A DNA stretch of 64,000 bases from Oopsacas minuta (Eukaryota; Animalia; Porifera), in assembly GCA_024704765.1 (NCBI GenBank), contig JAKMXF010000322.1, positions 294,452-358,451 of the forward strand. Reading direction: 5' to 3'. Below the pieces are notes generated by a model. That model worked only from the letters and a program-made list of their open reading frames with translations, did not search any database and was not told where the DNA came from. The position numbers and the translations under genes were made by a program. Shown piece by piece: positions 9,832 through 27,011 of this stretch (position 1 is the stretch's first letter; every line of letters starts with the position of its first letter).

Positions 9832-12060
9832 CTAACTACTCTCTGTTTTAGAATCTTCTGGTTTGTCAACTGGATTAGGCTGCGGATCAGAAGAGGGAGG
9901 TTCATCTTTTGCCTCCTCCAAGAGGGGATCAGGTTCCTCTGAGACCACTGGTACCTCTTCAGGGGCCTCGTATGGCAGCTGCTCGAGCATAGTCTCTAAG
10001 GCCCGTTGACATGACTGCCAGGATACGTGAGGGATATTGATATGTCTTCTACGTCTACGTGTTACCTACAAAAATTCACATAATAATATTATATTCCATT
10101 AGCCAGATTGGTTGTCAGGGTGTCACGAACCTCTCCTACCTCGCTGACTTGCAGGAATACTCCCATTTCATTCCTCCTAGCATCGAAATAGAATCTCTTT
10201 CTCTTGGATCTGACCTCTATGGTAGCAGGTAGGGTCTCATCTATGCTACTGCTCTCAGCTAATGGAATATATGATAAATATGCATATATGTAACCACAGT
10301 ATAATGAATTCCTTACTCTCTTCATGGTTGCCAGGGTTAACAGTAGGATTGGATATAGCTGGCTTAGGCTTTGGGTCTGAATCTCCACCCTCTGTAGCCT
10401 CAGCGGGAGGAGGAGCAGTCCCATTCTCAACCTCTCTCCTAGGACGTTTATTCCTCTCCCTGAGAAAAAGCCTTATATATAATCATGATGGCATTGCATG
10501 GCAACGAATAGTTATTAGAAGAATGTAACTATTATGATAGCATTCATAATCACAAGACAGATGACAGTAACATAATACTATAGTATAATATGAACCATGA
10601 ATGTAGATATGTGTCTAATTATGGAGACATCACTTTACATGGTAATATCCTGAAACTAGAAATTTTTCCTTGGAGAATTCATTATACCTATATTCTCGGG
10701 GTTCTCTCCTCTCCCGTGGAGGTTCTCTATACTCCCTCTCTCCTCTACGATCTCCTCTATAGTCTCGAGGGTCTCTACCCTCCCTTGGTTCGGGCCTATT
10801 GTCTCTGATATCTCTACGATTCCCTCTCTGATCTCTTGGGTCCCTAGGATCCCTCTCTCTAGGGTCCCTCTCTCTAGGGTCTCTTTCTCTAGGGTCTCTT
10901 TCTCTAGGGTCCCTCTCTCTTGACCTCTGTGGAGGAGAAGCTACACGTAGTATCTCCCCAATGACGTCACGTAACACCTCTAGCCCTTCAGATGGTACAA
11001 TCACTTGAGTGCGCTCCTCTCCATTCCTAGGGCTCTGTTCCGTAACCTAGAAACCATATATCATGAATGGAATCTATAAATACTCCTAATACTATACCTT
11101 CAGAAATTTTCCTCTGTTATTCTTCCTCAAATCGATATACAGAGTCTTCCTTTCGTTAGTAATCTTCTGACTATGTGTATAATAGGTAACACCTCTGTGT
11201 ACTAAGGTAAATTAGAATGGAATGTATACTCACGTTTCTATCCTTTCTGAAGAGTCAGCTGGTCCATTCTCACCTATAAACAGAAAGATACTTGTATAGC
11301 GGACCGTGTTAACACCTCTGTTAATATATACACTAACCTGTATCATTGCTATCCTTCTCTAGTATATCAACATATTGTGTCAAGACATCTATAAATTCCT
11401 GGAATAACTCTTGGGGGATAATCACACGGTTCCTGCCACTTCCTCTGTTCTGATTAGACTACAAGAAGTGTTAATAGGAGGGTAACAACTGGGAGAACTC
11501 TGCGGACAAGAGAGACCCCTCTTAAATGTCATAATTATAATCTAACACCTCATTTGTATATATATATATGTAAAATCACCTCGATAATCTTTATGAATTT
11601 CCCAAAACCGTTCTCCTTCAAGTCAATATAGAATCTCTTTTGATCTACGTGTAGAGTCTTACTTATCAATTCATCTAAACAGAAACAAACAAACAAACAA
11701 CTATATCATAGACTAATAAACAAACAAACAATTACCATCATAATTGGGTCTCCGTCTAGGAGGTCCTGCCCTCAGGGGAGGAGAGTACATATCATACTCT
11801 CTTCTAGATCCTCTCATTTGATCCATGTCTCTAGGAACACCTAAATAGCAAATAGTAATGAATTCCAATTGATACAATTAGTAGTTAGGGAAGTTAACAG
11901 TAGACCTCTTGGTAACAGCCCCCTACCATTGGACAAGAGGTTTAGGTCCTGACCAATTGGACAATAAGGGTACAGGGGGTATGGTATTTGACCCCCTAGG
12001 GGTCTAATTTGTACCTTGTCTCGGCATTCCTCTTGCACCTCTTGGTCTATAAGTCACCAT
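9832..12060 (-). CDS. PURA: Pur-alpha/PUR-repeat nucleic-acid-binding protein, multi-exon, with an RD/RE-rich insert
   Basis: Three PUR repeats: ELISKTLHVDQKRFYIDLKENGFGKFIKIIE; ERKTLYIDLRKNNRGKFLKVTE...VIVPSEGL; RSKRKRFYFDARRNEMGVFLQVSEV. Confidence 0.85.
10846..10922. repeat. Coding 15-bp tandem repeat encoding (RERDP)n within the PUR gene
   Basis: About 5 copies of CTCTCTAGGGTCCCT, translated in ORF 10630-11004. Confidence 0.9.
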
Positions 12061-12667
12061 CTTTCTATTCTATTCTGTTTCGCTAATTAATCTCAACAAC
12101 AGCTCAGCATCGACCTCCTACTCACGCTACACAGCTGTAAATAATAACAAACTGGTCATACAAGGTGTTAATACATTCTATATACTCTGGGGGCAGCTGG
12201 TATTGGGGTTGACGGGTGGGATAGACCCGTCAAAATGGAGAAATGTTCTATAACAAGGTGTAAAAAGTGGAAAAATTGTGTCACTATGTATATGCCATAG
12301 GTGTGAAAATGAGAATTTACCTGTGAAAATGTATAATATAACAAAATAATAAAAATATAAAAGCTTTTAGAAAAATTCCTGAAAAATTGTAAATTCAGAA
12401 TTCAAATTCTTAAACAAAGGTTGTCTAATAAATAACTTCCTCTTCGTTACCAAGCAAATCTGTGAAGTATGTTAATAACTAAAATTCAACAAACAAATAT
12501 TTGTACATTTAATACATTCCTATAACATTCCAATGAATACACCATAGCAACGAGAGAATACGACACATTATCATTACAGCAAAATATCAAATAGATTAAA
12601 ATTAGAAATGTGGAAGCAATTATCCAATCTGATGCATAAAAATAATTAAAATATTTGCCGTGATTAA

Positions 12668-16743
<4,076 letters not shown>

Positions 16744-17019
16744 GATGAGTGTTAATATATAATCTAATGTAAATAACAACAAACGAGGAGATAAATATAT
16801 ATACATATTAATACGGAACTAAAGGAATATTATAGTTCCTCCTAATGGACCCTTGATTATGACTCTAGAAGACAGCTTGGGTGTCGTCTAGGGGGCACCC
16901 CTCTCACCCCTTAAACAAGTCCATATAGCTAGAGTAATTAACACTAATTAATATCCATAGTAGTAGTAATAATATAATCGAATAATACTGCATTCCTATC
17001 TCGTATCTTAGCAACATAA

Positions 17020-17202
17020 TTATTTCTTGATCTCCTCTTTGATCATCCTACCGTCCTGCCATCTATGAATCTTACTCATAGACTCCCCTCTCTTAGTTAA
17101 CAATGCCTTGTATTCTGGTTTGAGTAGTCTCTGTAGATGTTTAGCACAAATTCGTGAGAACTGGACATAGTTTAGTCCTGCTATCCGCCAGAATTGTACC
17201 AT
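17020..17202 (-). CDS. ATP5F1E: Mitochondrial ATP synthase F1 epsilon subunit
   Basis: MVQFWRIAGLNYVQFSRICAKHLQRLLKPEYK matches the W-R-x-AGL-x-Y...S-x-ICA motif; 60 aa. Confidence 0.92.
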   Translation of the reverse strand: MVQFWRIAGLNYVQFSRICAKHLQRLLKPEYKALLTKRGESMSKIHRWQDGRMIKEEIKK

Positions 17203-17800
17203 TCTAATTTGGATGCTAGAATATATTCATAAGGACAAGGACAGGACAAGGTATGGGAATTAATACTGGCCCCTACTTGTCTATTTTTAGTAAGGTAGAC
17301 AGGACAGAGAGGTTATCCAACCTTCAATTCTACTGCCGACAAATACATAATTCTATATTACACATGTTAACATTCTTATCACTGTTTGAGGTGTTATACA
17401 ATACTAGGAAACTCAGGGGTCATATAGCCCAATCGGTCTCAGGGTGTGGGTGCTATTTGTTACTTGCCTCACTTTCTTAGGGAAAATCTTACACATGACA
17501 TCAGCAGAATACGAACACAAAAATAAAATCTGTCTGGAAATAAATCGCTAGGCTCTTACAAGAATCAGGAATAAACAAATGCTAATAGGACGCATATCTG
17601 TAAGAGATCGCAAAGCTAAAGATTAAAATCAGAAAATCACTTGTTCTTAAGAAAAGGTGTGATATAACAGGCCTAGTGGAAACATATGGTAATTGGTAAA
17701 GCGATGGACGCCCAGTCCTGTATACTAAAGATATTACAAATCAATGAAAGTAGTAAATAACAACAAATTTAATGTTTGTATAGTTTAATAATAAATAAAA

Positions 17801-19028
17801 TTAATTACAAGAAAATATTTGTAGTTTGTAGTTATAATTATCAGAGACAATTGCTAAATTTAGATTTTAGTTAGAACTATTCCTCTAGGGTGTACAAACA
17901 TTCCTGCTTCATCGCCCCGTTGTCCTAAGGTGTATAGGAGTGTTCCATCTTTAGAGAATATCTTCACCTTATCATCTCCCCAATCACTGACAAGCAAATT
18001 CTGGTTAACGTCCAGACAGAAGAAGGAAGAATGTATTACTTCGTCTCCCGCGACTATGGACCGTATGATTTCTCCCGCATGAGAGAACACGTGTATACAG
18101 GGAGATTGATTACATAGCACGTACACTTCATCATGTGTCAGCTTAATGTCGAGAGGTCTTCTCATTATTTGATGAGTTATGTGAGTTTTGAAGCTTAAAG
18201 ATGAGTCTATGATTTTAACTCTGTGGTTGCAACTGTCTGTAATATACAAATCTCCGTTGTTATAGACAGCGAGACCGTGAGGGTATTTGAACTGATCATC
18301 AGCAGATCCCTTACCACTCCCAAACATTGTAACTAAACGTAGGCCTGCTTCAAACTCAAAATGTAATAATGCGTGTATTTCTATGTCCGTTACGTATAGA
18401 TTGTCTCTGTGTATAGCAATACCGTATGGCTCTCTCATGTTTTGATGTGTGAAGGTATTTAGGAAGTCTCCTGTCTCTGAGAAGATTGATATTATAGAGG
18501 GATCAAAGCATTCAGTGACATATATGAAATCTGTATTCTCATCTATAGCTACACTCCAAGGATTCCAGAGCTCTCCCAGAGTTGTTCCTTTCTTCCCGAT
18601 AGTAACTACAGGTCTCATTAGTTCATAACTGGGTACAACGGGTATCTCCTCCTCGACAATAACTCCCACACCTGAGATCACCTCCTCCAGATGTGCAGAA
18701 TCGTATAAAAAGACCGGTCGGGTATCAGGCTGGTGTGACCTAACCTCAGCAAGTGTTTGTTCGACATCAGTTATGATTCTCTCCTGCAATTCACGGAGTT
18801 CATTCGTTTGGATACGGCGCTCCGTATCAGCTCTCAATCCTAGCAATTCCTCCTCCTTCCTGACGCGTGCTAATGGCCTTGATGCTATTTCGTTCTTAGT
18901 GAAGTGGTAGGAGTTTAAGAGCTCTACCCGTCTCTGATTGAGGCGATAAATCATACGATCGAATAGCTGGTTTATTTGTAACTCGACAGGATCTAAGGGG
19001 CTATTACTTGGGTGTTATTGTTTGTCAT
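17801..19028 (-). CDS. Intronless coiled-coil + NHL-repeat beta-propeller protein (TRIM-NHL-like C-terminal part) with two apparent 1-bp frameshifts
   Basis: NHL repeats GELWNPWSVAID, EPYGIAIHRDNLYVTD, QFKYPHGLAV...YITDSCNHRVKI and GMFVHPRGIV. Adding one base in GGGG (18997-19000) and one in TTTT (17865-17868) restores the N-terminus and the C-terminal ...NYKLQIFSCN. Confidence 0.8.
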
Positions 19029-19429
19029 TTTGTTGTTATTTGTTTCTAAATTATGAAAAAGATAAACAGTTAGTGAATTGCTATAAACAAATATTCTTGT
19101 GTCTTATACTAGCAGAGCTGTCCTAACTAAATTGTGACATCTCTAGTGTCACAAATATTAATCTAATTATTGTATTATGAAACTAAACTGTAATTATTTC
19201 CTTGAAGGAATTTCCAGAGAGAATATGTATCGAGGCTTATGTCAGAGCTAGGTGGTGGAATGTGGCGTCTGTTTGTGTCCCACCTCTTCTGATACACATG
19301 GTTACTCCACCCATTCAGGAATGTTAAGAAGGAAATAGTTCCATTTGTAAGTATTCTAACACTTCTCCTGGTTCTTACAGAGATAGCTCTGCTAGGATAC
19401 CAGATAGCTCACAAGGAATGTATACTACA
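18820..19429 (-). repeat. 610-bp segment duplicated in inverted orientation at 35535-36144
   Basis: Near-identical reverse complement, with only about 10 differences seen by eye; covers the NHL upstream region and first codons. Confidence 0.95.
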
Positions 19430-19590
19430 CAATCTTAAAATTCTTATTTGTTGTTGATAAATTGCTGAAAGGCGGCCAAATACCACCACATTCGCGGAAC
19501 CTTGGAACTTACTATTCACATTCCTATATCTGTCACTATAGCAACAATTCTTGTACACAACTATTTATTTTATCATATTATACTTGAAGT

Positions 19591-20939
19591 ATGTTACTTC
19601 TATTACTGCTGATTAGTTACGTTGGATATATCGCATCGGAGAGTCCCATCATATCCTTCCCTATAGAGGGACAGCCCCCTCTTCAATTCTTCGGGTCACA
19701 GGATGTATGTAAAGTGTTATTTACATATTGTAACACCTTACCATTAGTTGAGCCACCCAATTGTGTGGCACAAATCCATATAGAACTGATACGACAGTTC
19801 ACACGAGCTTGGGAGTCAATAATCTCACAACTCACAATCGGCCCTGAATTCTTCATAGATTGTGTCCCTCTAAATCTAGATGCCAGTCAGGTACCTCTGT
19901 TCAATTCGAATTTTATACCCGACTATGTGCCACCTGACCACTTCACAGCTAGGAACTCCACACATGTTGTAAATCAGCTGCTAGGATTACTCAAACTGGC
20001 AATGAAGAGAGACTCTAAGGTGTGTTTATAATTAGAAATATCTCTTATGTATCATAGCAACCGATTGGAATGTGTGATATATTATAGGCATTAGCTGAAT
20101 TCAACAGGAAACGGACGGAGATTGAGCTAACTGATCCTGAGAGAGTCTCTCTGTACACCCAAGCTGTCCTCCTGCTCCCTACTAACCTATTTGTTTTGGA
20201 CCAATTTGGACTATCTCTCCTTTACGCGGGTAAATCTACACACGCATATAAACTGTTCCGTAATGCTGTAGCGTTAGGAATGTGGGGAGAATATATGCAG
20301 AGGCCTGTCTCTAAGTATGTACCGGGATTAACAGCTATTCCATGGCATGATCCTACTAAATACTCTGTTGTGAAAATCCTGGAAAATGGTTTGTTTGTTT
20401 GTTTATTTGTTGGTTGTTGTTTACTTGTTTGTTAGTTATATAAACAGTAATTACTTATAGGCTACAGAGCTATAAGAGAAGAATTCCTATACCGTTACCA
20501 TAACAACCAAGAACTATTTACTACTGAGCAAGAGAGTCTCCATATGGGAGGTGATTGGACAGAGGTAAGGATTAAATCATCAGGACACGGACTCACTGAG
20601 GTCAGCGAGCTATTTCCTCAGACCTTGCAGACCATTTCTAACCTCCCTCCAGACACCTTTACCTCAGTTAAATTCTCAGTTATACAATCTGGCACACACA
20701 TACGGACACACACTGGACCCTCTAATGAAAGGTTACGTATACATCTATGTGTATACCATATCGGGGGTGCGAGAATTAGGGTGATGGACAAGTGGCACGG
20801 GTGGCAGGAGGGAAAAGCTATTGTGTTTGATGACTCGTTTGAACATGAAGTTGTTAACCTGGGAGCAGACTTCAGAGCTGTTCTAATTTTAGATATCTGG
20901 CATCCTGAATTACCCATTGATAAGAGAATTGTTCATTAG
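19591..20939 (+). CDS. Secretory-pathway aspartyl/asparaginyl beta-hydroxylase-domain protein (ASPH/ASPHD-like)
   Basis: N-terminal hydrophobic signal, a helical TPR-like middle region, and the C-terminal 2OG-Fe motif FSVIQSGTHIRTHTGPSNERLRIHL...WQEGKAIVFDDSFEHEV...LILDIWHP. Confidence 0.85.
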
Positions 20940-20965
20940 TGTTTAGTTATTTATTTATTGTTAGA

Positions 20966-21024
20966 TTAAACAGCTAAACGGTTAAACAGTTAAACAGTCA
21001 AACAGTTAAACAGCTAAACGGTTA
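20966..21024. repeat. 8-bp tandem repeat (TAAACAGY), about 7 copies
   Basis: Directly visible; a similar tract lies at about 46573-46612. Confidence 0.8.
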
Positions 21025-21512
21025 GTACTGGGGGGAATTGGGCAGTGAACAATTGAGATAGTTTGGGAGAGGGCAATACCCTTCCTTCCCTTAGACCCGC
21101 CTATGAGTTGAGTCAGGTCATATTTCGTCCTTCATAATTCAGAGACAAGTACTATTAGCAATATTGATTAAAACTTACCTTAGTTACTGGAATTATAGAT
21201 AGGAATGTAGATTAATTAATATGCTAACATTTAAAATATGCAATTATTTGTTATGATCGATATTATGCAGATCAATATCTTACATATTTTGCTATTACTA
21301 TAGTTACAGATATTATAAGAATACACATTCTTAAGTAGGTATTGGGTAACTAGGGTAGAATTACCTGTGGTAATAAGAGTACCACAAGTACATATTTACG
21401 GGACATAAGTCCCCTCCTTCTATTGTTGTTATTTACAAACATTCAACAATAAACACTTTGAGCGTTCGTTGGTGTTTGTATTAACGCGGTTACGCTGTAT
21501 TTATATTAGCAA

Positions 21513-22745
21513 ATGTGTCGCAAGAAATCCACCAACACCTCGACACAAGAGTCACCAGAAGAGACACAAACATACACCCCTACACCACGTGCCAATGGGT
21601 GGTACTGTCCTTGGAATCTCTACATGGTGTCAGTTTGGTTCTTCATTTTATTATTCTCAATATTTTATTTTGGCACCTTGCTTCCATATCTGCCACAAAT
21701 CCCTAGGTATATCTTCTATGGTGTAGGTGTGTGTGTATTTATAACAGTCATAGTTTCAGATGTTATCGCTATCTCTATCAATCCTGGAGACGCGAATATA
21801 ACCGCGGGTAACGGTAGGAATAAAGTACGTCCTGTTTTTGATAGAACAAAGCACAAACATGTTATTGAAAACTTGTATTGTAATTTGTGTCAGTCGGAAG
21901 TTGGTTATAAGACAAAACATTGCAAATGTTGTGATAAGTGTGTCGCAGATTTTGACCACCACTGTAAGTGGTTGAATAATTGTGTCGGTGAGAGGAATTA
22001 TTGGGCATTTTTCGTTTGTGTGACTGCAGGATTATTTGGTACTCTTCTCTGTTTGATCGGTTCGCTCTCTCTATTTATACTTTTCTTTGCCTCGAGGGCT
22101 AATCTTAAGTGGTGGGATGGCACCTTACCTTGTTGCAACCAAACTAACACAACGGTATGTGTACAGTTATTCCAAACGGAAATTCCTCATCCGGTATTTC
22201 CGGTACTAATGGCGTTAGAATTTATTCTATCAATAATCGGGATTTGCTTATTAGGACATCTTTTCTTATTCCATGTGTATTTACGGATAATTGGAATGTC
22301 TACATTTGATTATATAACACGTAAGGATGAGGTTAAACACAAAAAACTGGCGCAGAGACACTCTAATAATTCCAGGTCATCAACACCTAATAACAGATCC
22401 CAATCCAGAACGTCTGGACACTCTGTTAAGGACATGAAAGTGGTGAGACAGAACTCACAAGCCTCTGATATATCTATACATTCCAATGGTTTAGACACGC
22501 ATCCAAGGACACCAGAACTATGTATTACTCCCGCACATATGTATACACATGAATATGCTATACACATGGATGAATACATTGCTACACCCCAGCAACCGAT
22601 TGGGGAGATAGAAATGCAAATAATACCAGATTTCGACCAATCAGATGAAGGTGTTGATGACACTGATATTACGAATATAATAGTGACAGATTCTGGCCAA
22701 TCAAAATCAAAGAAGCAAGAGATAATATTCAACACCTCTCTATAA
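21513..22745 (+). CDS. DHHC palmitoyltransferase, ZDHHC1/11-like, single exon, 410 aa
   Basis: YCNLCQ...KHCKCCDKCVADFDHHCKWLNNCVGERNY; N-terminal R-x-NGW-x-x-P motif typical of ZDHHC1/11; MSTFDYI (TTxE-like). Confidence 0.93.
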   Translation: MCRKKSTNTSTQESPEETQTYTPTPRANGWYCPWNLYMVSVWFFILLFSIFYFGTLLPYLPQIPRYIFYGVGVCVFITVIVSDVIAISINPGDANITAGNGRNKVRPVFDRTKHKHVIENLYCNLCQSEVGYKTKHCKCCDKCVADFDHHCKWLNNCVGERNYWAFFVCVTAGLFGTLLCLIGSLSLFILFFASRANLKWWDGTLPCCNQTNTTVCVQLFQTEIPHPVFPVLMALEFILSIIGICLLGHLFLFHVYLRIIGMSTFDYITRKDEVKHKKLAQRHSNNSRSSTPNNRSQSRTSGHSVKDMKVVRQNSQASDISIHSNGLDTHPRTPELCITPAHMYTHEYAIHMDEYIATPQQPIGEIEMQIIPDFDQSDEGVDDTDITNIIVTDSGQSKSKKQEIIFNTSL

Positions 22746-23010
22746 GCATTCCAAATTTCTAATCCTGTTGCGAGGATATGTAACCAATCAGATTCATTTC
22801 CACATATATAGCGCCATGTTAGTCACGTGGTTGTTTTTAATATACACTGTTGTTTGTTTGTTTGTTTATTTATATGCAATTGTTTACTCCTATTAAACCT
22901 CTATAATTATATAAGCACACGGACTGGGGACTCGATCTCCAGTTTCCTTAGCAACCAATTGCAACACAGTTATGTGAGTATAACGCCTCTAATATGTACA
23001 CATAACTAAT

Positions 23011-26000
23011 TCAATTAACTTCATCAATAAACATAAAGGTTTCTTCATAAATATTTTCTTCTCCATTTTCAGAATCTATATTTAGAATTTGTTCCATTTT
23101 TAGGACCGGTGTGTCTGGTGAATGTTCCTTCCTACGTTTGGGGGAATATCGTCTCTTTGGAGAGTTCTTAGACTTAGTTCTTATTACATCATCAGTGCTT
23201 GATAACCTGACATGTCGCTGGGTCTGTCTCTTAGTTCGGTTTCGGTTTATACACTCTCTTGCATCGCGAAAATGTTTATCAATTTTCTTGTCTTTCAAAT
23301 CGTATTTTGGTTTTTCTCTTGATCTAATCTTTAAAGTTCTTTTGTGAATATTTTTTTCATATTTGTTGTGTTTAATCAGTTTGTTATTAATAAACTGTTT
23401 CTTATAGCTAGGAGATCGTGAGTAAGTACCCCGGGGCTCCCGTCTCTTCTCATCTCGCTTATGTGTCGATTTAATTTCCGTTTGTTTATGTGATGTCCTT
23501 TCTCTGGACCTCCGCTCCTCCTTAATAGTTGGAGGGGAACTGACACCCCTAGCGGGAGTATGTTCCTCTGGGAGATACACCATGGGGGCAAGTCTACTTT
23601 TGAAGGGGGGCTTCTACAAATAAAAACCATGGATAACCCAGCTGTATAGAATATTTGATTTGTAACCATGGATAACTTAGTTATATATTTACCGTTAGGA
23701 ATCCTCTATTATTCAGTAGGTCTCTCGCGTAAATAGGATTATTTCTGTTTGCCTGCTCTAAAGCCAGCTGATAGGCGTTAAATGCTACTTTCTGGTATTC
23801 TTGTAACTCAGCTCCAACCAGCGAACTCAAGCCAAGATCCTTCAGAGGGGGTTTGTCACCTTCTGTCTCTATAAAGTGATATGTCATTTCCTTCTTCCCA
23901 TGTTTTGATTTCTACAAATATTAGTGTTGTTATTAATGACCAGATCCCTGGCAACCATTAGATAGAATAGTTATGCCATAGTTATTACCACTTACTCTAC
24001 TAGTAGATTGCATCCAGTTACCCTGACATCCATTTTCATCAGTGGAATGTCCATGATCACTATCCTCATTCCAATTGCCATCCCCCCAGAAGTTCTGAGC
24101 TATTACTTGATAAGGTTTAGGGAGGAGAGATTTCAAACACCTACGGGTATTAATGGTGTCCCTTATCTCTCTGAATGAGACAGACAGAGGTATATCGTAG
24201 TGTCCTACTAGTGGTACATAGAAGTAACGGGAGGGATGAGGTTTCTCACATTGCTACAAATATTCATAAAGTTCTTTAATCAAGGCTTATTAGATATTTA
24301 ACCATGGATGGGATTTCTATATAACAAATCCACCATCCATGGTTCAATATCTAATAAGAATTCCGTCAAAACAGTGTGAATATATTCTAACACTTACAAA
24401 ATAAACATGCCCATAGTTAGCACAGTTACAACAGTAAAGATTAGATTTGAGTTGATCTATCCTGAATGCCTGGGTATCCATGGTTACGTTGTAGGAATGT
24501 CTTTTGGCGGACTGAGGGTAATCATTAGGAAGGAATGTAGTGTTATGACATTGGCGCCAAATCTCACCACACCTCTATAAAGAATTATAAAGTAATTCTT
24601 AATCAACCATTTTGGACTTTTAAGAAATTCAACGAGTATTTTCTTATGTTAATTGTGTTATGTATGGGTGTATATTATTATAAATCGTGTTATGTATGGG
24701 TGTATATTATTATAAATCGTGTTATGTATGGGTGTATATTATTATAAATCGTGTTATGTATGGGTGTATATTATTAGAAATCGTGTTATGTATGGGTGTA
24801 TATTATTAGAAAAGCAAGCAATAACAAGGATATATATTACATTTTTCTCGTGACAGCTTATCCTGCATCTACTACACTTAGGGGGTCTGTTCTTCCCTCT
24901 AGCTGTACATTCCTAATATACAAAAGGTGTTAAATATGATTATACATATTATCTACAAAACTTACCCTGTAATTGTGTCCTATTTTGAAGCATAAGGAAC
25001 AGACCCTTAATGGGCAAGCATCGTTACTAGCATGTCCTCTGTCCCCACAGTATATACACACGTGTCTTCTCTGCATATTCTCGTTCTTGAATTCTGTCTG
25101 TAAACAAATAACAAATGAGTAAAATAAATATCAACACATGTGCTCTGTTAATTCAATTACAATAATGTACTACTTGTTTATTAGTAATTCTATACCTTAA
25201 TTAGATTACTTAATTATTACACAGACGTGTTAATATATGTTGTTATGACTATTCACCTGTATTACTTGTTTAGTTACAATATGTCTAGAGCGTAACTACC
25301 ATTGAGGCAGGGGAGGCAGCTGCTTCCTCGATCTGGGATCTCTAGTTACGCCCCAGAATGTATACATATTTTCGGTTGCTAGGCAGATATATACTTACAT
25401 AATCTTTAAGACTTGATGCTGAGTGAGATCTTAAAGGTGTTATATTTTCTGTTTTTGAGTATTTTGCATTTTCTAACTCGTCATCATTGGAAGAGGACAA
25501 TTTGGATTTTCTTGGGATTGTGTACCTCTTGGTTGTTATTTCTATAAACAAAACAAACAGGAGTAAACAGGTCTATTTATAGATATGGTACTAATCATAT
25601 GCGGATATAAGAACTTCGGAAACTAACACATCCACCAGTATTGGCGGCTAGTTCCGTCCATGGTGCCAATACAGATATTACAACTACCTTCATTTTGATT
25701 ACAAATATTTATTTGTGTGACGTCATTATTCGATTCATCACTACTCGAAGAATCCCAGAAGTACTTCTTCTGATCCTCTTGTCCCATAGAAGTTCCTGTG
25801 TACTCAGGAGGTCTCCCTACACTGATACAATCACAGAGATGTTAATAACTGGAACTATAAAGTTAGTTCCATAACTAACCTAGTGGATAATACTTGATAG
25901 AAGTTTGACTCTCTTGAAAATTCCTGTTGGGTATATTTATATAAGTTTTTGTTTGTCTAAACGACTGATTATCTACCGTTTCAGAGCACTCAGATTCTGA

Positions 26001-27011
26001 ATCGAAGAACCCTGTCCTCCTATTTGTTATTTTTGTATCAAATGCTACTCTTGGACTTATTGGGAGATCGTAGAGGGGACTGAAGGGACTAGGGGGGTCA
26101 TACTCAGGACTGGATATGTCCATCAGGTTGTCGTCTAAGATGGCGGTGACCTTCTGTTCAGGAATGTTCCGGTGATGTTTCCTAAAAGTCTTAATCCGTG
26201 GGTCCCTATAAATACACATTCCATGAATACTTATCCAGATAAATCTATTGGTTGTATATATTTGGCGCCTGAAGCAGAATTCTGCACTTCGATGAATATT
26301 ATACTTGAAAATCATCTGGATTAATTTTGTCCCGCTTAGAATTATCTGAGCCCGCACTTACGCGCTTAAATTACACTTCTGTCAAATTGGCGCCAAACAG
26401 AATCTACATTGCAACACATCAGCTGATTCGTATTCCTCAATAATAATTTCTCTTTCTAGTGTTATTATTATCAGCTGTTTGAATAGCTATAATTAGTATC
26501 ACTACCTTGGTTTCAATTGGAAGTTGGTATCTGTCACTATATTAGCACTCTGCTCCACCTGAGGGGTCCTAACATCCAGCTGATAGTTCTTACGGGGTCC
26601 ACTATCCCAACGAGTCGGTTTCTTCATAGCAACCAAATAATCAGAATGGAATTCTTTCTCATATACATTAGGCTGAAAATGGTTATTTACTGTGAATGTT
26701 TTTATTGGTTCAGGACTTGAGGTGGTTTGTACACAAACAGATGGTTGCTCCACTCGTGGGTACATTTGTACCCCTGTAGGGGACGGGGGGACAGAGTCAC
26801 TACTGTCTAGACAGATTGTGGACTCCTTATGGAACTCTTTTTGAGGTGAATCTATGTCACAAATGTATTCTATAATCGGGATGCCATCTATGACAGTTGT
26901 GACGGATGGTAGGGTGTTTAATCGAGAGGGTCTCTTAGAGACAGGTTCTGTTACTGATAGCTTCTTTAGTTTCAGTTCTGGTACCCTTTTTTTAGGAGGT
27001 AATTGTATCAT
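23011..27011 (-). CDS. ZCCHC7: CCHC zinc-knuckle protein, ZCCHC7/Air1-2-like, with long low-complexity termini; exon chain partly uncertain
   Basis: Spliced knuckles CIYCGDRGHASNDAC, CSLCFKIGHNYREC, CSRCRISCHEKNRC-GEIWRQCHNTT and YCCNCANYGHVYF|QC. The C-x-EIWRQ-x-H-x-TT motif is characteristic. Attaching ORFs 25875-27011 and 23011-23887 to this gene is inferred. Confidence 0.65.
24655..24812. repeat. 32-bp minisatellite, about 5 copies, intronic
   Basis: Unit GTGTTATGTATGGGTGTATATTATTATAAATC. Confidence 0.95.
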
